64,000 bases of DNA, taken from NCBI GenBank assembly GCA_030704665.1, contig JAUYID010000009.1:163-64162 (forward strand). Reading direction: 5' to 3'. Source of the stretch: a bacterium (lineage in GTDB: Bacteria > Patescibacteriota > Microgenomatia > Woykebacterales > RBG-16-39-9b). This document shows positions 50,440-60,175 of the stretch, piece after piece (positions within the stretch are counted from its first letter, which is position 1; each line of letters begins with the position of its first letter). The notes beneath the pieces were generated by a model, which was not told the DNA's origin, searched no databases, and saw nothing but the letters and a program-made list of their open reading frames with translations. Position numbers and translations under genes: made by a program.

Positions 50440-52508
50440 CGCTCCAGGGGGTGGTAGGGCACCTTTTGTTTGGTGTTGAGGCTGACCTGGGTGGTCGTCT
50501 CTGATTTGAGTTCGACCGGAGCTGGTTTGGCCTCTTCCGGTTTTGGTTCTCGGGCCGGTGGCGCCTCAACTTCCTTTGGAGCCAAGGGTGTTTCTTGCCT
50601 CTCCTCCGCTTTGACTGGGAGCGCTGGTCCCGTTTCTCTAGCCAGTTTGGGGGCGGGGGGTATCTCCCCGCGTTCCAGTTTTTCCAGCAGGGCTGGGTCC
50701 TCTCGTCCCAGACGACGCAGTTTTTCTAGCTCCTTTGGGTTGGAGGTGATCAGAACGTGCTCGTGTTCGGCAGCCTGGACGCGGATAGCGACATGGTTTG
50801 CGCCAGCAAAGAAAAGACCCTCCCCGATATCAGCGCTGAGAAGCAGATTCTTCTCCCCCTCGGAAAGGTAGAAAACGGCCGAGACTTCGTTTATCGAAGC
50901 CGGTGACTGTTTGAGAAGAATTTGGATTGAGGAGTTGGTTACGATCGCCTTACCGTAATCAGTGTTGAGGAAATCTTCCACGTCTTGGGTGATGGTTGTC
51001 AAACCAAGGAAATACTTACGGGCTCTTTTAGCAATCGAGTACATGAAAGAAGCAGAATCAGGATGTTTCATCAGGTACCAAGCTTCATCAACGACGAGAA
51101 TTCTGCGCTTGCGGTCCTTTTTGATCCGAGTCCAAATGTAGTCAAGAATGATAAACATGGCAATCGGCCGCAGTTCGTCCTCCAGATCCCGTATCGAGAA
51201 GACCGTGAAAGTGTTTTTAATATCAACTGTGCTTTGTTGATCAAAAATTCCAGAAAGAGAACCTTTGATGAATTTTTCGAGCCTTTCCGCCATGGATTTG
51301 GCTTCGGGTTCGGCCATGTTTTGCAGAACCGAGTAAAGGTCTTCCATGACCGGAGATTCACTTGTTTGGGTGGTTGGATCTGGAGTGATTCCTTTCTGTT
51401 TGTAAGTAAGAATCAAGGCCCGGTCAAGGACAGCGTCTTCGGTTGAAGTGAGTTTCCCCAGAATGACCCGAAAAAGGGAATGCAGGGAAAGAATCTTAAG
51501 CCCTAGTTCGTTTTCGCCTTCCTCGTAAACTCCGGAGAGGTCGAAGGGGTTAATTTTAGCCTCAGTTTCTGTAGCAAACTTGATGTACTCCCCACCAATG
51601 GCTTTACAGAGCTCGCCATACTCTTCTTCTGGGTCGATAACGATGACTTCAGTGCCAAACATTAAACTGCGCAGAGTTTCCAGCTTGACCATGTAGCTTT
51701 TCCCCGCCCCAGACTTGGCAAAAACGACGCTATTAGCGTTTTCCAAAGTGAAACGATCAAAAATAATTAAAGAGCCGTTGTGCTCATTGATACCGTACAT
51801 GATTCCTTCGTTGGCAGTTAGCTCTGAAGAAGTAAAGGGAAAGGTTGTTGCCAAGCTCGTGGTGTCCATGTTGCGGGTAACAAAAAGCTTGTCACTAAAA
51901 GTGGGTAAGGTAGCCCGAAAGCCATCTTCTTGTTGAAGAGTAGCGTGTTTGGTGACCACCAGCAAAGAGCCTAGGGTCGACTCGACCTGCTTGGTGATGG
52001 AGTTGAGCTCCTCCAGAGATTCAGCTGGGATGGTGATATAAAAAGACATTTGAAAAAAGCGTTCAATACCCGCCGCTAGTTGCTCCTGCAGAGATTGGGC
52101 GTCTTCCAAGGCAACACGAACAGCCGGATCAACCACCCGACCAGCTTCCAGGTCACTTTGAACAGTTGCCTCCATCTCGGCAATTTTGTGGCGCAGGTCG
52201 TCAAGGATCCCCTTTGATTCTACGGGGTAGCAGTAAAAACAAAGGTCCAGGGTGTGGTCAAAGTTAATAATTGGGGCAAGCCAATTAGCCCCGACAAAAC
52301 GAGGGTAGCCGGAAACAAAGAGAGTTCGAAAGTAAAGATCCCCTAGTTTAAGGTTGTCAAAATCAACTTCAAGCGCCGGTGGAGCGATAATATCTTTAAC
52401 ATCGACCATCCCCGCTCCCAAAGTCTTAGAAATTTTGTTCCTCGTTTTCGCAAGCTCTATTTCCTGAGGAGAAGGAGTTTTTTTCTTCGGGAGGAGAGAA
52501 AATTTCAT
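50436..52508 (-). CDS. VirB4/TraC-like conjugation/T4SS ATPase
   Basis: AKSGAGKS, IDPEEEY, INPFD, VDEAW, RARKY, ITQDVEDF. Confidence 0.92.
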   Translation of the reverse strand: MKFSLLPKKKTPSPQEIELAKTRNKISKTLGAGMVDVKDIIAPPALEVDFDNLKLGDLYFRTLFVSGYPRFVGANWLAPIINFDHTLDLCFYCYPVESKGILDDLRHKIAEMEATVQSDLEAGRVVDPAVRVALEDAQSLQEQLAAGIERFFQMSFYITIPAESLEELNSITKQVESTLGSLLVVTKHATLQQEDGFRATLPTFSDKLFVTRNMDTTSLATTFPFTSSELTANEGIMYGINEHNGSLIIFDRFTLENANSVVFAKSGAGKSYMVKLETLRSLMFGTEVIVIDPEEEYGELCKAIGGEYIKFATETEAKINPFDLSGVYEEGENELGLKILSLHSLFRVILGKLTSTEDAVLDRALILTYKQKGITPDPTTQTSESPVMEDLYSVLQNMAEPEAKSMAERLEKFIKGSLSGIFDQQSTVDIKNTFTVFSIRDLEDELRPIAMFIILDYIWTRIKKDRKRRILVVDEAWYLMKHPDSASFMYSIAKRARKYFLGLTTITQDVEDFLNTDYGKAIVTNSSIQILLKQSPASINEVSAVFYLSEGEKNLLLSADIGEGLFFAGANHVAIRVQAAEHEHVLITSNPKELEKLRRLGREDPALLEKLERGEIPPAPKLARETGPALPVKAEERQETPLAPKEVEAPPAREPKPEEAKPAPVELKSETTTQVSLNTKQKVPYHPLER

Positions 52509-53236
52509 TGCTGCTCCCCCCCTTTTGCTTGGTTGATGACCGGTTCGAGAGCGGGTTGAACAATGGGGGTGGTGTATTCTTGGGTTGAAAGAGCTGCTTT
52601 TTGTTCTCGAGCCACTTCTGGGTTGTAAAGATCGTAGAAAAGCTCGACCAGCTCTTCCGTCGCGAGCTGTTTGCCTTTGATCCCAATACGGTTGAGTTGT
52701 TTGACGAGATGAGCGATTTTTGGGGCTAAGTTTATCTTAGCTTTTTCGAGAGTACTCCACTTGTTCCCCACCACAGTTTTTTTTGGGAAAAGAGCTGGTG
52801 GTTTGATTTGCGATAAATCTCCTGAGAAATAGGGGACTACTACATAAAAACGCTTGTCGAGAACTTGATTGCGAGAAACCAGATCGCGGACAAACCGAGA
52901 GTAAAGGTCAATCTGTCCCGCCAAACGCTCATTTTTGGTTTCTGCTTTGGCTCCATCCAAGAGTTTGAGGTAGTTGGAAATATCCATCCTTTTGGACCGC
53001 ACAATGATCTGAATTGGAAAGGTCAGTGAGTTCAAAAGAGCTGCATAAGCAAAGATCATTGCGTCTTGCTCGGATTCGCTTAAAAGGTCAAAATTGACCG
53101 CGTTGGTCTGAAGGATAGCCGCTGCTCCTCCGTTTTTCAAAATGATCAGATCATCGCGAATGTCTTCGACATCGAGGTGTTCTTGAGTTGTCGGAAGTCT
53201 TTTTGCTTTGGACATTTTAAATTGCCTTGATTTCAA
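52505..53236 (-). CDS. VirB4-associated (TraC N-terminal-like) protein
   Basis: TQEHLDV..IRDD, VNFDLLSESEQDA, LNSLTFPIQI, KRFYVVVP; lies between PrgI and VirB4. Confidence 0.75.
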   Translation of the reverse strand: MKSRQFKMSKAKRLPTTQEHLDVEDIRDDLIILKNGGAAAILQTNAVNFDLLSESEQDAMIFAYAALLNSLTFPIQIIVRSKRMDISNYLKLLDGAKAETKNERLAGQIDLYSRFVRDLVSRNQVLDKRFYVVVPYFSGDLSQIKPPALFPKKTVVGNKWSTLEKAKINLAPKIAHLVKQLNRIGIKGKQLATEELVELFYDLYNPEVAREQKAALSTQEYTTPIVQPALEPVINQAKGGEQQ

Positions 53237-55334
53237 TTGGCTTCATGATTTCCCCGCCTAATTGAACTTGGGTAATGTCGAATTCCAAACTATCTTTTTC
53301 AAGCTCAATATTGTAAGTCCCGTTGGGTAGAGGAGTGGAGATCACAAATTGACCAATTTTGTTGGATTTTAGAGCCCGAACCGGCTCCCCCTTCTCATCT
53401 TTGATAATCATGACTGCTCCAGAAACGAGTAAACCCCCCTTGTCGCGAACAATCCCATTGACGACATTGGGGAAGGAAACTTTGGGCGGAATCATTTTTC
53501 CAAAAGCCGGCTGGGCAGCTACAACATTCCTCCCCCGCGCTTTCTTGGCCCTTTCCTTCTCGGCGAGAGCCTTTACTTCCTCTGCAATTTTGGCTTTCTG
53601 AACTACCAATTCTTTTTGTCTTTCGGTCGCCGCTTCCCCTTCGTTTCTGGCCTTTAGCTCACTTTCCCGAATTTTTTTGTCGATCTGCTCGTTGAGAAGG
53701 TGAACTTCGGCCGCAATTCTCTGTTTTTCACCTTGATATTGAAGCCCCTCGTATTGAACCATGATATCTGCTTGGTGCTCCAAATTTTTTAAAGTATCAG
53801 ACAACTTGTCCCGCTCCCCTTCGGAGAGCTGCTCTCGGCCCAGTTTGGCAAGTTTGCCTTCTGCCACAATGGTATCTTTTTGAATTTCTTGGCGATCGGC
53901 GCGGTGGGCCAAAACTTTCGGATCGACCGGAGTTTTAACGGGTTCGGCAATTTGGGCCGCCTGTTTTTCTGAAATTATTACCGGGTTGTTGATGACAAGA
54001 GGTGGCTGGGTGGGGCCCATTTTACTCATATCGAGGTTCTTGGATGTTTCTTCCAGGTTGCCCGGGAGTTTGATTACTTCTTGACCAGTCTTTTCTTCAG
54101 AAGCCTCGAGTTTAACTTCTTTTGGCTCGGTTTGTTTTTCTTCAACCACTTTAGGAGGGCTTGGAGGTACTAGTTGCGGGTTTTCCCCGCTTGGTTTTTC
54201 GACAGCCTCAGTTTCTAGGGCCGTTTTGGTAGGTTGTGGGCTTTCGGGGGCTTTAACGGCGGGTTCTTTGACCGCCTCAACACTTGTACTAGCTAGCGCG
54301 CTTACTGGGTTCTGTTCAGCTACTTCGGGAAGTAATTCTTTTTGAGCCGGGATATTTATTGGGGTATAAGAAGCCTTGGTCAGCTCAGAGGGTTTTTTTG
54401 AAAGCTCAATCAGTTTCTCGGCCAAAGGCGGTAGTTTGGCTAGGGACTCAAGTGGCGAGCCCTTGGTTTCGGTCGAGGGCCCGAGCGGACGCACTTCAGA
54501 GACCACAACCTCCTTGGGCTCAAATTTAATTTTTTGACTTGGAGGGGTCGGCTCTGCCTTGAGAGTTGGCGGCAGGCTAATTTGTTTGTTAGGTTGGGGC
54601 AACTCGCGCCCTTCTTCTTTGGGGGGTGCTGCTGGGAGAGGGTTTGGTGTCTTGGTTTCGGGTTGAGCGGAAGCGCCCAGCCCCGCAGTTGGGTTTTTGG
54701 TCTCCTCGAGCCGTGGTTCAGGCGTTTTTGTTGCCGGCAAGCTACCAACAACTGGCTTGGGAGCTGGCTGGTTGACGGCGACGGTCTTGGCGGAAACAGG
54801 AAGAGCCTGAGAAGCTGCTTGAGCCACGGCCTGTTTTTGGTTTCGTTGACTCAAAAGACTGCGGGCAGCCTGGGTAGTTTTGGTTAGCTCGGAAAGCAGT
54901 TTGCTGCGGTCAGCCAAAGGGGAAATCTGACTTTTGAAGCTTGGGGCCGGGACGCCCAAGTAGATAGGAGCTGTTTGCGGCTCGAGTAGGGGCCTGGCAG
55001 CGGCCTGAACTTGGGAACCAATTCCAGCCTGCAAGCTCTCCGGAAACTCAAAGACACGCTCACCGCGAACGGGCAAAATTGCTTGGCCATTAAGAGCAAC
55101 AGGACGAAGGTAACGAGGTTGGCTATTGTTGACACCTCTGACATAGACTAGCTTCCGACCCATCTTGACGGTGGCGACGGGGTTGAAGCCAACTTCGGAG
55201 GCAATTTTTGGTTTATCCTCTTTAGTCTCACTGATAGTCCGCGCCTTTTCGGTCGGTGAAAAACGATGCAGGGTGGGGATGTGAACAAAGGTACGCAGCT
55301 TTGCCGCAGCTTTGGTCAGAACCTCATTGCTCAT
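53217..55334 (-). CDS. Pro/Glu/Lys-rich protein with a coiled coil and a C-terminal carboxypeptidase-regulatory-like beta domain
   Basis: Long low-complexity region; ends PNVVNGIVRD...PVRALKSNKIGQF...PLPNGTY. Confidence 0.75.
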   Translation of the reverse strand: MSNEVLTKAAAKLRTFVHIPTLHRFSPTEKARTISETKEDKPKIASEVGFNPVATVKMGRKLVYVRGVNNSQPRYLRPVALNGQAILPVRGERVFEFPESLQAGIGSQVQAAARPLLEPQTAPIYLGVPAPSFKSQISPLADRSKLLSELTKTTQAARSLLSQRNQKQAVAQAASQALPVSAKTVAVNQPAPKPVVGSLPATKTPEPRLEETKNPTAGLGASAQPETKTPNPLPAAPPKEEGRELPQPNKQISLPPTLKAEPTPPSQKIKFEPKEVVVSEVRPLGPSTETKGSPLESLAKLPPLAEKLIELSKKPSELTKASYTPINIPAQKELLPEVAEQNPVSALASTSVEAVKEPAVKAPESPQPTKTALETEAVEKPSGENPQLVPPSPPKVVEEKQTEPKEVKLEASEEKTGQEVIKLPGNLEETSKNLDMSKMGPTQPPLVINNPVIISEKQAAQIAEPVKTPVDPKVLAHRADRQEIQKDTIVAEGKLAKLGREQLSEGERDKLSDTLKNLEHQADIMVQYEGLQYQGEKQRIAAEVHLLNEQIDKKIRESELKARNEGEAATERQKELVVQKAKIAEEVKALAEKERAKKARGRNVVAAQPAFGKMIPPKVSFPNVVNGIVRDKGGLLVSGAVMIIKDEKGEPVRALKSNKIGQFVISTPLPNGTYNIELEKDSLEFDITQVQLGGEIMKPIEIKAI

Positions 55335-55939
55335 TTAGAAGCCTCCAAATCATCTGCGCCAAGAGGGGGTAAAACTTGTCCTGGTGGGGAAGATTTAATT
55401 TCTGAGGTCATCTGGGCGACTTGTTGGCTGAGCTGCCCTAGTCTTTTTTCCTCTTCCACATCAAGAGCCGATTTGGCTCCGAGGTGGTGGTGAGAAACCA
55501 AATACTGGTTAAGTTTGGCCCTGTCGGAGTGGGCAATTGGCTTTGGTCCTTGCTGATGTTGGAGATAGATGGAAAACTCAGGAGCTAAGAAGCCGAGCTC
55601 AACTGGCTCTTTGCGCCAAACTCGCTGGGTTGGAGTATAGACGGAGCGGACAAAAGCAACAAGCCAACGATCGAAAGGAATGTCGTTTATCGGCAAAAAA
55701 GCAAGCGCCAAGCCCAGAGGACCGATTAGAAAGATGAGTAAAAAGCGAACTATTATATACAGAGGTATGAGATAAATAACAAAGCAGAGAATACCCGCAG
55801 CCGCCAAATAACCAAACTGACGAATGGTCAGAAAACCAACTAATTTAAATTCAAACCCAGTTATGTTCTGCGGGACAGGATGAGACTGCATACTTTTTTG
55901 TTTAAAACTCGGGAAGCGAGTTTTTCCTTGCTTTGTCAC
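55331..55939 (-). CDS. PrgI family protein (likely start MQSH near 55891)
   Basis: HPVPQNITGFEFKLVGFLTIRQF, 2 TM helices, PFDRW...PTQRVWRK. Confidence 0.85.
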   Translation of the reverse strand: MTKQGKTRFPSFKQKSMQSHPVPQNITGFEFKLVGFLTIRQFGYLAAAGILCFVIYLIPLYIIVRFLLIFLIGPLGLALAFLPINDIPFDRWLVAFVRSVYTPTQRVWRKEPVELGFLAPEFSIYLQHQQGPKPIAHSDRAKLNQYLVSHHHLGAKSALDVEEEKRLGQLSQQVAQMTSEIKSSPPGQVLPPLGADDLEASK

Positions 55940-56021
55940 TTCTTTCGGCGAAAAAATCTCGATAAATCAGGCCAAAAGAGACATTAAGTAAGTTAATTGC
56001 TTCTCTCTTCTTTTGATCGCA

Positions 56022-56239
56022 AGCATAATTATGCTGTTCTTTAGCCTCAAAAGCAAGTGCTTCAAAGTAGTTCTAACTAGCTATAAAGATAACCCTGATT
56101 CGGGCCTTTTCCGCAGCAAAATTAGCGAAGAAAGTCTTTAGGCCTTCGAGGTCCCAAGCTCGAAGAGCGCAAGCTTTTCTTGATTTAGCTCTCAAGAAAA
56201 GCTTATAGTCTTGACTTTTAGCTTCAGTCGAGTTATAAT
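56022..56239. promoter_or_regulatory. Divergent promoters, each with a perfect palindrome
   Basis: Minus: TTGCTT, 17 nt, CATAAT overlapped by AGCATAATTATGCT (56022-56035). Plus: 13-bp IR AAGCTTTTCTTGA-N8-TCAAGAAAAGCTT (56171-56204) then TTGACT (56211), 17 nt, TATAAT (56234). Confidence 0.6.
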
Positions 56240-56373
56240 AGCTCAAACTAAAAACCGGCTAAGGTAGACCCCGGAAAAATAGTCTGACAGAAATGAAAAA
56301 GACATTTAAGCTTCAGAAACAGAAAGCTAGAGCCAATCCCCAGCAATGGGGTCTTTCGGCATAAGGCTGAAAG

Positions 56374-56417
56374 AACGGGCTCTGGCAATCAGCAATGATC
56401 ACCAGAGCCCGTTTTTT
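56374..56417 (+). terminator. Intrinsic terminator (attenuator) inside the leader of the large orphan gene
   Basis: AACGGGCTCTGG...CCAGAGCCCGTT-TTTT, a 12-bp perfect stem. Confidence 0.75.
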
Positions 56418-56713
56418 GTTGAGTAGCCCTTTTACAATTAAAGAGTTAGAAAATTGTTCACCTCAAAGTGCGCGAGAGCCTTGGGGGAAAGATGGAAGCT
56501 GAGCTTAGAAAATGGCCTCTAGTAGCGAAAAAAGAGCTAAACTAGTTGTAATAGGCAGCCTAGAGCTTGCTTTTATCTTCCCCCCAATGCGCTGTTGCTT
56601 TTATGCACTCGCTTGGGGATCAACTTCACTTACACGTCTGGCTTTCAGGCTAGTACGTTTTGATCCACAACAACGAGTTGCATAGCAACAAGAGCAGCAC
56701 TGGGAGGTGCAAA

Positions 56714-59700
56714 ATGACAGACGGTATCGATGACGCAACTCCTGATGAGGGACTAACACCTCAGGAAGAAGCGATTCTCCGTGGAAAGGAAGCTGCTTGG
56801 CTGACTGACTACGGCTATCTAGCTGGCGAGGGGACCCCCTACGCCAACGACAATCAGCATCTGCTTCACCTCGGGTGGAGGGACAGCAGTAATAACTACG
56901 ATCGAGTCATGAGTATGGAAATGATTCAGCGTCGGTACCACTCGAAGCTGGTCTTTTTCGCAGTAACTCGAGAAGCCAAGTTCTCAGTACAGCAGCAGTT
57001 TCGTACTACTGAAGGGGGAATCCAACGCCCCTTGTATGTCTCGTCCGAGTGGTATGTCTGGGAGTACAAGAAAACTGACGGACCCACACATGACGAAAAG
57101 GGTTGGCCTCTCAAAAGAGAAAGCAGACGGGTTCCAGCACAGGCAACGGATCAAGGGGCTTTTAGGGAGCCTAGTACTACTTTGGACATTCAGAAGGCCG
57201 ATAGGGACCGTGATGGCACTCCGATAGTCGCCACCGGTTCTGTATTCATGGGGTGGAAGTACAACTTCCAGCCTGTGGGCGACGCCGACATTCGGGCCGA
57301 AGACAGCAAGGTCTACGCACGAGTTCAGAGGATCTGGAACAATACCGGCAAGCTACCGAGTGTACTTCAGACGGGTGAGGAGAAGACGATTAAGAACGAC
57401 CTTCTCCAGCTTCTGAAGGACCTTAAAGAATTGACCGGTGAGGACTGGAGTACCAAGGGCAATCCCAACGAGGCCAATCGCCGTGTCATTATGGAGCGGC
57501 GCTGGATACTCGGCCGGAACCACCCCGAGACTTACCAACAGCATCTTCGGGTGCTGGGTGGCAAGATCCCAGAGGAGTACTTCTTCGCTGAGTACAACGA
57601 GCTCCGCCGGCAGAAGGCCCGCAATATGGACCGCCCGCTGGAAGAGCAGGATCGTGTTCGCGATCCCTACTCGGCCAGCCTGAAACACCTGCTCGACAAG
57701 CGGGTCGACGGACGGATCGTTTACGCGGGAACTCCAGAGTATGATGAGGCTCGCGGTAGACTGATTCCCGAGATCAGGATCACTCTGCTCAATGACCACG
57801 GCCTCTCAACCTTGGCCGAGTACAATATCACGCAGAAGTACCTGATCAACGGCTACACTTTCGAAAGAACCTGGGAGTGGCAGCAGAACATGCGGGCGAA
57901 GGCTCTTCAACGAGCTAGCCTCAGGGTTAAGCTGCCGAAGAGTCACCCACTCCACTTGTCCCCGAACGCAGTGGGGGATTTTGTGGACGATTATCCTGAA
58001 GGTCGAACCTTCTGGATAACTCCATCCTGCAGCGACGCTTTTGTACGTTCCTTGGCAAATCAGATTCGCACCGATTACCGGGAAGAGCTTCCGGAAGGTG
58101 TCGAATTCACTCGGGACGAAGGCGGTCGTGAAGTGATGCGTCGGCTCCCGTCATTGCGAAACCAAGGCGGGGAAGAGGAGAAGCAGTTCTCCGATGAGTT
58201 GAACGCAGATATCCTCACCGCCACGTCAATAACGACCCTGGCGGATAAGAAGTGCCGTAACGTCAACGCCTTCGCGCATATTGTGAAGAGCTGTCGTATC
58301 ACTCGGGACGGTCAAGCTGACTTTACCGAGGCGAAAGAGGTACGTCTCACGATCGAGGAGGATCGTGATAAGCAGAGGCGTAATGAAGATCAAGTACAAA
58401 CTCGAACTCTAACCATGGCTTATGATGCTGGTCAGCTCGACCAGAATCGCCCTGGCCAGGCACGAGATCGAGGAATTGGTGGTCCGCGCAGCGCAGAGCC
58501 GTGGATTGCTGATCCAAAGTTCCGCCTCAATTGGTGTCTCTTGTACAAGCAGAGGCGAGACCCGAGAACAGGCAAGATTCTGCGCAACGATCTAGGCAAC
58601 CCTCTTTGGGAGCCACGCTACAGCTCAGAGGATGGGGCTCGTGCCTCGGTAATGATACAGAGAGCACTTGCGAACCCAGCCACAGATGTTGTGGTACCGA
58701 CTCAAGAAGAGGCCGTCAAGAAGGCCTGGAAGAAGCGCTGCGACGAGAACCTCTTCGTGGCCCAGTTCGTTCAGGATCCCTACTACGACCGGCGGCCCGC
58801 GGACACGGCCATCGCTACCAACCTGATCGGTCGCAAGACCAGTATCACGGGTGGGGTGAAGCTAAATATTACGGGGGCCACCAAGGCTGCCAACGGCAAG
58901 GGCTACACCTTCGACGATCTTCTCAAGGATCTGCCGGGGCTACGTAACTACTTGCCGAACGACTACGATCAGAACGGAGCCTTCGATGGCAAGCTCGATG
59001 AGGAATTTTACATCCTTCAACTCGAGCTCATGTTCTACATCGACCCTCGCTATGTTGCCAAGATTCACAAGGGTTCGTGGAGTTGGTATCTCTTCCACGA
59101 GCAGAACATGCGTGTCACACGCATCAGCGAGGACCTGCGTGCCACCCGAGCCAATTTCCTGCGTCAGCAGGACGTTGCCTGGGGGATGTGGGCTGGACAA
59201 TCGCCGAAGGGGATGGTGCTACACTGTGACGAGACGCTTAGCACCGACATCCACAACGGGATTTTCAACCCGTTGCCGGACTTGCAGAAGGCTGCCAACG
59301 GCTACCCCGGCATTCACATGCCGAACGTAATCATGGTGGCTCCAGATGGGCAGAAGTGGAACCTTCAGGACCGGCCCAGGAAAGACTTCGAAGATGCTTA
59401 CACACCGCTCAACTGGAGAGCTCACGAGCATATCGGCAGAGGAGAGGCAGACGACACCTTCATTGGTTACGCGACTGCTTTCTCGACCAGTACCTTCACC
59501 GGACTAGCTCACTCTGGCCTGGGGCGGCGTCTGGGTGATACAGAGGCGGAAACCTATCTCGTTCGTGCTCAGGGTAGGCAGTCTTGGGTGAATGGAGTAG
59601 TTCCGGCTCTCAAGTCCCACGCTGAGGCAGTCTCAGCCTTTGGGACCGGTGACCTGAACGAGAATGATTGGATGAGGTCTGCTCTTGATAGCGGTAAGGT

Positions 59701-60085
59701 GACTGGCGAGTGGTTTAAGTCCACAGGACAGTTGTTCTGGAAGGGCGAGAAGGTTCAGGAGGTCAAGATCCTCCACACTGCCGAATACATCAAGGACCAC
59801 TCCTACCCAGACAATCCTCGCGATGCTCACGAGCTGGCGAAGATGATCTGGGAACGCCGTATTGACGGGAAAGGTTACCGCTATGGTTGGGAAGAGGTTG
59901 AGGCGGAAGCAATACGGATTCTCTTTGGTGGTCAGCGACCGGCTCAGTTGAACCCGCATGGCCGCTGGAGGCTGAACGCGATCTACTGGGCTTACCGAAC
60001 TACCCGCCATTTCCGTGCGGTCTCACTGACCAGCGAGGAGGAGAGGAGTCACGAACGGCCGGTAATCCATTTAGCAGCGGCTTAG
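56714..60085 (+). CDS. Large hypothetical protein (about 1123 aa), no recognised domain
   Basis: 3.4-kb open frame, SD GGGAGGT before ATG 56714, GC-rich codons, terminator downstream. Confidence 0.85.
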   Translation: MTDGIDDATPDEGLTPQEEAILRGKEAAWLTDYGYLAGEGTPYANDNQHLLHLGWRDSSNNYDRVMSMEMIQRRYHSKLVFFAVTREAKFSVQQQFRTTEGGIQRPLYVSSEWYVWEYKKTDGPTHDEKGWPLKRESRRVPAQATDQGAFREPSTTLDIQKADRDRDGTPIVATGSVFMGWKYNFQPVGDADIRAEDSKVYARVQRIWNNTGKLPSVLQTGEEKTIKNDLLQLLKDLKELTGEDWSTKGNPNEANRRVIMERRWILGRNHPETYQQHLRVLGGKIPEEYFFAEYNELRRQKARNMDRPLEEQDRVRDPYSASLKHLLDKRVDGRIVYAGTPEYDEARGRLIPEIRITLLNDHGLSTLAEYNITQKYLINGYTFERTWEWQQNMRAKALQRASLRVKLPKSHPLHLSPNAVGDFVDDYPEGRTFWITPSCSDAFVRSLANQIRTDYREELPEGVEFTRDEGGREVMRRLPSLRNQGGEEEKQFSDELNADILTATSITTLADKKCRNVNAFAHIVKSCRITRDGQADFTEAKEVRLTIEEDRDKQRRNEDQVQTRTLTMAYDAGQLDQNRPGQARDRGIGGPRSAEPWIADPKFRLNWCLLYKQRRDPRTGKILRNDLGNPLWEPRYSSEDGARASVMIQRALANPATDVVVPTQEEAVKKAWKKRCDENLFVAQFVQDPYYDRRPADTAIATNLIGRKTSITGGVKLNITGATKAANGKGYTFDDLLKDLPGLRNYLPNDYDQNGAFDGKLDEEFYILQLELMFYIDPRYVAKIHKGSWSWYLFHEQNMRVTRISEDLRATRANFLRQQDVAWGMWAGQSPKGMVLHCDETLSTDIHNGIFNPLPDLQKAANGYPGIHMPNVIMVAPDGQKWNLQDRPRKDFEDAYTPLNWRAHEHIGRGEADDTFIGYATAFSTSTFTGLAHSGLGRRLGDTEAETYLVRAQGRQSWVNGVVPALKSHAEAVSAFGTGDLNENDWMRSALDSGKVTGEWFKSTGQLFWKGEKVQEVKILHTAEYIKDHSYPDNPRDAHELAKMIWERRIDGKGYRYGWEEVEAEAIRILFGGQRPAQLNPHGRWRLNAIYWAYRTTRHFRAVSLTSEEERSHERPVIHLAAA

Positions 60086-60112
60086 GTTAGAAGGGAAGAG
60101 TATGTAAGGAGA

Positions 60113-60167
60113 GAGAAGGGTCCTCGGACAAAAGCACACTACAAGTGCGTCCGGGGGCCTTTTTCTT
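60113..60167 (+). terminator. Branched terminator after the large orphan gene
   Basis: GAGAAGGGTCCTCGGAC-[GCAC...GTGC]-GTCCGGGGGCCTTTTC-TTT. Confidence 0.7.
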
Positions 60168-60175
60168 TGGCTAAA

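Noticed and set aside
56245-56420. T-box riboswitch
   Set aside because: No GGGTGGTACCGCG-like T-box sequence precedes the terminator, and the downstream gene is not amino-acid related.
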